DNA from: an uncultured Acidobacteriota bacterium
GTDB lineage: Bacteria > Acidobacteriota > Vicinamibacteria > Marinacidobacterales > SMYC01
Reading direction: 5' to 3'
Length of the DNA: 64,000 nucleotides
Assembly (NCBI GenBank): GCA_963716925.1
Contig: CAVQUX010000025.1
Span: 656,751-720,750 of the forward strand
Position 1 is the stretch's first letter, and every line of letters begins with the position of its first letter. The notes under the pieces are model-generated. The model searched no databases. It was given only the letters and a program-made list of their open reading frames with translations, and was not told where the DNA came from. The position numbers and the translations under genes were made by a program. This document shows positions 59,406 through 64,000 of this stretch, one piece after another.

Positions 59406-59969
59406 ATGGATCGACGCCAGGCCCTCGAGCTCCTCGCTACGATTCCCTTTGCCTCGGTCTTCACGCTCGAGGGGGCCGAAGTCGCCCGCGCGCAGGAAGC
59501 GGTGCGCTCGGGCTTCGTGCCGCAGTTCTTCACCGACCATGAGTATCGGACGGTGCGGGTCCTGGTGGATCGGATTCTTCCGCGAGACGACCGCTCGGGG
59601 AGCGCGACCGACGCGGGTGTGCCCGAGTTCATGGATTTCATGATGATCGATCAGCCGGAGCGGCAGCTCGCGATGCGCGGGGGCCTGAGGTGGGTGGACC
59701 TGGAATGCGCGGAGCGTTTCGAAAAAACGTTCGTCGATTCGAGCGCGGAACAGCAGGCCGCCCTTCTGGACCTCCTCGCCTGGCCCGATACCGCGCCCGA
59801 AGAGCTCTCGCACGGAGTCGCTTTCTTCACGGGATTCCGCGACCTCACCGCCACGGGATTCTTCACCAGCAAGATGGGGTTCGACGACCTCCGCTACATG
59901 GGAAACGAGTTCGTGACCGAGTGGAAGGGCTGCCCCGATGAAGCGCTGAGAAAGCTGGGGCTCGGATGA
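59406..59969 (+). CDS. Gluconate 2-dehydrogenase subunit 3-family small subunit with Tat signal
   Basis: It starts MDRRQALELLATIPFASVF (Tat motif). The GTG at 59394 would overlap the GMC stop (GTGA), and the ATG at 59406 is an alternative start. Confidence 0.8.
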   Translation: MDRRQALELLATIPFASVFTLEGAEVARAQEAVRSGFVPQFFTDHEYRTVRVLVDRILPRDDRSGSATDAGVPEFMDFMMIDQPERQLAMRGGLRWVDLECAERFEKTFVDSSAEQQAALLDLLAWPDTAPEELSHGVAFFTGFRDLTATGFFTSKMGFDDLRYMGNEFVTEWKGCPDEALRKLGLG

Positions 59970-60005
59970 TCGGAGAGAGCGCTTTTTCATGAGCGCGTCC
60001 GGACG

Positions 60006-61253
60006 TTGAAGCTCGAGGTCACCTTCCAGACCGGCTGCGAGCTCCTGGAGACAGTTCTCGACGGCGGCCTGCGGGCGCGGATCGTCGCGAGTCAGCGGCT
60101 GAAAACGCTTCGGGACGGATTCCGATCCCATACCCTGCCCGGGGTCTCTCTGCAACGGGTAGTCCACCGGCTGGACGCCCGGACGCGCGACGACGGCTTT
60201 CACGTGCTCAACGACTGGGACGGAAAAGCCGAACGGCTCAACGAAGACACGATCCCGGTCGAGGTCGCGAGCTACGCCCTGGCGCATTGCGCCGCGGGTC
60301 CTTCCCAGAGGACCGTCCTCGCGATCCTGCTCGACTACTATTTCCTGTACGTGCTGGCGCTTCTCGCGCTCCGGGCCTGGGACGAAGGCGACGCCAACGA
60401 GAACCTCGCGCGGGTCAGCCGTCTCCTCGGGGCTCTCCAGGGACCTTCGGGGAGCGGCCAGAGGTTCGTCGAAGACGCCGAGACCCTCATCCTCGTCGCG
60501 GTCTCCCACTTCGAGCCGGACATCGGCGCCTACGACCGGCTGCTCGCCAAGGTGAAGTCCCTGAACCAGGCCCACCGCACGAACCTCGCCCTGGCTCACT
60601 CCGCGATTCTCGCGAGCCACCTTCGGTTCGGCTTCGAGGCGACGTACGGGCGCGACGTCCTCGAGATGCGCAAGGACAACGCCCCGGACTATCCGTGGCT
60701 CCTCGCCGCGCTGGGGACGCTCATCGAAGTCTACGCCCGCCGGGTAGAGGAGGGCACCCAGGGTGCCGACCGGGACCGGATCGTGGAGGGACTTCTCAAC
60801 GGGCTCACTCCGGACCCGAGGGCGTTCGTCGGCGAGCGGCCCGCTTTTCTCGCGGCGTTCGAAGACGAGGGCGCGCGGTTCCGCGCGCTCTTCCAGAGAT
60901 ACCGGACCGGGCTGCTCGAGGAGTTCGAGCGGCATCGTCCCTCGGACGAGGTCTACTCCCCCGTCGCCTTCTTCTTCAACTTCCCCCACAACCTCCTCAA
61001 GGGAATCGTCATCGACGCCCTGCTTCGGGGCGAGCCGTGGAAGCTTTCGTTGAACGATCTCCTCACCGGGATCCCCCGCGGCGGGGAGAGGAGCGAATCG
61101 AGAACGGCGCTCGCGAAGACGATGATGGGCTATGCGCGCGAGAGCCCCGACCGGATCCGGGGGCGGCTTACGCCGGTCATCGTCTACGACGCCAGGGCGG
61201 GACGGCGGGCGTTCACGGAAACGATGCGGAGACTCGGCGAGCCGCCGTCGTGA
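60006..61253 (+). CDS. Hypothetical protein, 415 aa, predicted all-alpha, no recognisable family
   Basis: It is a long ORF with a protein-like composition distinct from the overlapping-frame artefacts, sitting between the GMC small subunit and the Tat C-S lyase. Confidence 0.6.
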   Translation: MKLEVTFQTGCELLETVLDGGLRARIVASQRLKTLRDGFRSHTLPGVSLQRVVHRLDARTRDDGFHVLNDWDGKAERLNEDTIPVEVASYALAHCAAGPSQRTVLAILLDYYFLYVLALLALRAWDEGDANENLARVSRLLGALQGPSGSGQRFVEDAETLILVAVSHFEPDIGAYDRLLAKVKSLNQAHRTNLALAHSAILASHLRFGFEATYGRDVLEMRKDNAPDYPWLLAALGTLIEVYARRVEEGTQGADRDRIVEGLLNGLTPDPRAFVGERPAFLAAFEDEGARFRALFQRYRTGLLEEFERHRPSDEVYSPVAFFFNFPHNLLKGIVIDALLRGEPWKLSLNDLLTGIPRGGERSESRTALAKTMMGYARESPDRIRGRLTPVIVYDARAGRRAFTETMRRLGEPPS

Positions 61254-61335
61254 TCTCCACCTCGGACTCGATCGGTTATATGATTGACCGGTCCGGGGAG
61301 GCTGCCTGAAAATCACTTAGGAGGGTGTAGTCGCC

Positions 61336-62697
61336 ATGTCAAGAAATCACGGGCTCAGTCGCAGGGCGTTCCTGAGGAACGCGGGAATGACCGCCATCGC
61401 CGGCGCCGCGGGAGGAGCCATCTCACCGAAAATCGCGGGGGCCGCCACCGCAGCCGGTCGTGCGGCCGACGACGTGTTCGATTTCGACACCCCTTACAAC
61501 CGCGTCGGCACCGACTGCATCAAATGGGACGACCAGATCGCGAAGTTCGGCAAGGAGAACGTTTCCGTCGGCATGGGCATCGCCGACATGGATTTCAAGG
61601 CGGCCCCCTGCATCGGCCGGGCGCTCGCGGAGCGCCTCCGGCACGAGAACTGGGGGTACCTCAAGATGCCGTCGTGGTACGTCGACTCCATCGTCGCCTG
61701 GAACAAGAGGCGCTACGGCCTGGAGATCGACCCCGACAGCGTGGTCATCTCGACCGGAGTTCACCCCGCGCTGATCGCGGCCATCCAGACATTCTCCCCT
61801 CCCGGCAGCAAGGTCCTGCTCACCACCCCCAGCTACAACGGTTTCTACTCGGACCTCACGTTCTGCAAGGTGACCCCGGACGACAGTCCGATGAAGTTGG
61901 TCAACGGCAGGTACTCGATCGATTTCGACGACCTCGAACGGCGGATCAGCCACGACACGCATACCCTGATCCTGTGCAACCCCCAGAACCCTACGGGCAA
62001 CTGCTGGTCCGCCGAGGAGCTGACGAGGCTGGGAGAGCTCTGCCTCGAACGCCGGGTGATCCTGCTCGCCGACGAGATTCACTGCGACTTCGTGATGAAG
62101 GGGCAGAAGTACACACCGTTCGCGAGCCTCCCGAACAGGAAAATCGTCGACAACAGCCTCACCTTCAAGGCCGCGAGCAAGACGTTCAGCCTCGCGGCGA
62201 TGAAGAACGCCTGGTTCTTCTCGACCAACCCCGAGCTGCTCGAAAGAGTGAAGGTCAACCACCGGGCGGACATCAATACGCTCGGCGTGGTGGCGAACCA
62301 CGCCGCACTCACCGAAGGGGAGCCCTGGCTGAATCAGTTGCTGCCCTATCTCGACGGCAATCACGATTTCGCCGAAGCTTACCTCCGCGAGAAAATTCCG
62401 CTGGTCAAGTACACCAAAGCCCAGGGGACCTACCTGGCGTGGCTCGACGTCGGCCAGGTCATCGACAGGATCGGAGCGGTGGAGAAGGCCGCCGAGGCCA
62501 GCAAGAAGTCGGAGAAGCCGGTGACTCCGGGGATGATCGCCCAGAAGTGGTTCGCCGAGCACGCGAAGGTGGTGATGACTCCCGGGGCCGAGTACGGGAC
62601 CAGCGGAGAGCGCCACATGCGGATGAACCTCGCGACCTCCCGCAAGCTCATCGCGCTGGCGCTGGACAACATGGCGAGCGCCCTGAGCAAGGTCTAG
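61336..62697 (+). CDS. PLP-dependent aminotransferase class I/II, MalY/PatB-type C-S lyase-like, with Tat signal
   Basis: It has a Tat motif SRRAFLRNAGMTAIAGAAGGA. The PatB/MalY-like pattern is (GIADMDF, CNPQNPTGN, AASKTFSLAAMKNAWF with the PLP lysine). A GGAGGG site lies upstream. Confidence 0.8.
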   Translation: MSRNHGLSRRAFLRNAGMTAIAGAAGGAISPKIAGAATAAGRAADDVFDFDTPYNRVGTDCIKWDDQIAKFGKENVSVGMGIADMDFKAAPCIGRALAERLRHENWGYLKMPSWYVDSIVAWNKRRYGLEIDPDSVVISTGVHPALIAAIQTFSPPGSKVLLTTPSYNGFYSDLTFCKVTPDDSPMKLVNGRYSIDFDDLERRISHDTHTLILCNPQNPTGNCWSAEELTRLGELCLERRVILLADEIHCDFVMKGQKYTPFASLPNRKIVDNSLTFKAASKTFSLAAMKNAWFFSTNPELLERVKVNHRADINTLGVVANHAALTEGEPWLNQLLPYLDGNHDFAEAYLREKIPLVKYTKAQGTYLAWLDVGQVIDRIGAVEKAAEASKKSEKPVTPGMIAQKWFAEHAKVVMTPGAEYGTSGERHMRMNLATSRKLIALALDNMASALSKV

Positions 62698-62707
62698 GCG
62701 CTAGGGC

Positions 62708-63127
62708 TCACTCTCCCAGAATCTGAACCAGGAACTCCCGGGTCCGCGGGCGGGTGTCGAAGTCTACGAGAACGATCTGCTGCCAGGTGCCGAGAGTGAG
62801 GGCTCCCTCGCTCACCGGAACTACGAGGGAAGGACCGAGCATCGAGGCCCGGACGTGACTGTGGCCGTTGTCGTCGCCCCAGCGCTCGTGGTGCCGATAC
62901 TCCATCTCGCGCGGATAGAGTCTTTCGAACGCCGCTTTCAGGTCATGGACCAGGCCGGGCTCGAACTCGAGCGTGGTGAGGGCCGCGGTCGAGCCGGTCA
63001 CGAAAACGGTGGCGATCCCGTTCGCGATCCCCGAGCCGCGGACCGCCTCGGCGACGCTCGTGGTGACGTCCACGATCTCCCCGTGGCCACGGGTCGCTGT
63101 CGAGCGCCGCACCAGTCGCGTCGTCAT
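62708..63127 (-). CDS. yjbQ: YjbQ/UPF0047 family protein (secondary thiamine-phosphate synthase-like)
   Basis: It is 139 aa from MTTRLVRRSTATRGHGEIVDVT, with the YjbQ pattern (HSHVRASMLGPSL, ALTLGTWQQIVLVDFD). Confidence 0.8.
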   Translation of the reverse strand: MTTRLVRRSTATRGHGEIVDVTTSVAEAVRGSGIANGIATVFVTGSTAALTTLEFEPGLVHDLKAAFERLYPREMEYRHHERWGDDNGHSHVRASMLGPSLVVPVSEGALTLGTWQQIVLVDFDTRPRTREFLVQILGE

Positions 63128-63168
63128 GGGTCCAGTACGGTGGAAGCCGCCCCCACGATCCGCGCTCT

Positions 63169-63669
63169 CTACTCCACGCGCTCCCGCACCCAGAACACGT
63201 AGTCCGTGGCCGCGGGCTCGCCCCCGAGCTCCCGCACCAGCGCCGCCGCCTGACCGCGGTGATACCAGGAATGCCCGAAGAGTTGCGTCACGATGTCTTC
63301 CACCCGGTTGCGGAACCGGTCTCCTTCGAGCGCGCGGTACTCGAACACCCGGGCGAGCTCGGTCTCGTCGAGACCGGCGAGGTAGTCGTCCCATTCCCGG
63401 TGCATATCGTCGAGTCGGGAAGCGAGATCGTCCAGGGTGACGTTCTCCGGAAAGAAGTCGGCACGGGTCGGCGCGCTCGCGCGAAAACCGAGACGATGGA
63501 GCCAGAGCTGCCTCGCAGCCACGAGATGACCGACCAGGGCCAACGCCTTGCGGAAGGAAGGGTGGGAGTGGCGCTCGGCGGCCACGGAGCCGAGAGACAC
63601 GAGAGTCTTCTGGTGCGCGTCCTTTTCGTAGGCGAACCAGCGTCGATATCTGTCCGCGATCGTCGTCAT
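63169..63669 (-). CDS. DinB/YfiT-like (DinB_2) metal-dependent hydrolase family protein
   Basis: It has the His pattern of the DinB_2 four-helix bundle (HLVAARQLWLHRL, FGHSWYHRGQ). Confidence 0.75.
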   Translation of the reverse strand: MTTIADRYRRWFAYEKDAHQKTLVSLGSVAAERHSHPSFRKALALVGHLVAARQLWLHRLGFRASAPTRADFFPENVTLDDLASRLDDMHREWDDYLAGLDETELARVFEYRALEGDRFRNRVEDIVTQLFGHSWYHRGQAAALVRELGGEPAATDYVFWVRERVE

Positions 63670-63717
63670 AGGGGAACGCTAACCACCGCTCGGACCCCAG
63701 TCAAGCCCATCGGGCCA

Positions 63718-64000
63718 TCAGACCCCCGAAGCCCAGGACGCGACGTCGAGCGGCTGGTACTCGGTGAACCGTCCGGTGACTTCGAACCCGAGCCTCGAGT
63801 AGATGGGGAATCCTTCCTCGGAAGCCTGGAGCACGGCGGTGCCGAAGCCCGCATCGCGGGCATCGAGAAGCGGCCGTACCGTCATCGCGGTGCCGATCCC
63901 CTTCCCTCTGCGCGCGGTTCTGGTGGTGATGTTGTAGAGCCCGACGATGCCGCCACCGACGGTGAGCTCCGCCGTGGCCACCGGCTCGCCGCCCAGGTAG
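63718..64000 (-). CDS. GNAT-family N-acetyltransferase (C-terminal part; gene continues beyond window end)
   Basis: It has the GNAT motif A RRGKGIGTAM and C-terminal YSRLGFEVTG, and it has no start within the window. Confidence 0.6.
   Translation of the reverse strand, partial: YLGGEPVATAELTVGGGIVGLYNITTRTARRGKGIGTAMTVRPLLDARDAGFGTAVLQASEEGFPIYSRLGFEVTGRFTEYQPLDVASWASGV

Overview
This is a visibly GC-rich (about two-thirds G+C by eye) chromosomal segment. Its gene content points to an Acidobacteriota-like soil bacterium: two ADOP-type duplicated FtsX permeases (one paired with PadR), a DUF1501/DUF1553 pair, a PEP-CTERM protein, and many Tat or Sec signal peptides. I could not run any tools, so every family call rests on motifs I recognised by eye in the supplied ORF translations. 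The many long antisense ORFs in the track are GC-rich artefacts; I report about 60 sense-strand genes instead. Main contents, in order: a periplasmic HpcH-family aldolase, then a vapBC toxin-antitoxin cassette flanked by about 75 bp direct repeats. Next come an APC amino acid permease, a CMD-family protein, an MBL hydrolase and a GH3/SnoaL operon. These are followed by an ArsB/NhaD-like permease with a DUF502 protein, the DUF1501/DUF1553 pair, a NUDIX hydrolase, a cytochrome c peroxidase remnant, a CadC-like regulator and truA. Then come lctP, a dppABC-like oligopeptide transporter, a metX-metY direct-sulfhydrylation operon, mnmA, an MBL B3, MOSC, and an arginase-family gene. After that is a piuB/piuC/TonB-receptor iron-uptake cluster, then a PEP-CTERM / alkaline-phosphatase-TPR / SGNH-esterase / carbamoyltransferase cluster with an orphan receiver and a HisKA-only mini-protein. 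The last large block is a periplasmic oxidative sugar-catabolism locus (GH172/DUF2961, DUF1080 3-keto-disaccharide hydrolase, Tat Gfo/Idh/MocA, GMC oxidoreductase with its Tat small subunit). It is followed by an uncharacterised 415 aa protein and a Tat-exported PatB/MalY-like PLP C-S lyase. The window ends with yjbQ, a DinB-family gene and a partial GNAT gene. Structures that the gene calls do not explain: an inverted repeat built from tandem GCAAAGRC octamers between convergent genes, four tandem heptamers directly upstream of metX, an AT-rich box upstream of the TonB receptor, and very frequent 1-4 nt start/stop overlaps (ATGA, GTGA, TGATG). At least eight genes carry single-base frame disruptions or an internal stop, about one per 6-8 kb. 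That rate suggests uncorrected sequencing indels rather than mass pseudogenisation, so I note the disruptions but do not over-interpret them. I saw no rRNA, tRNA or CRISPR array.
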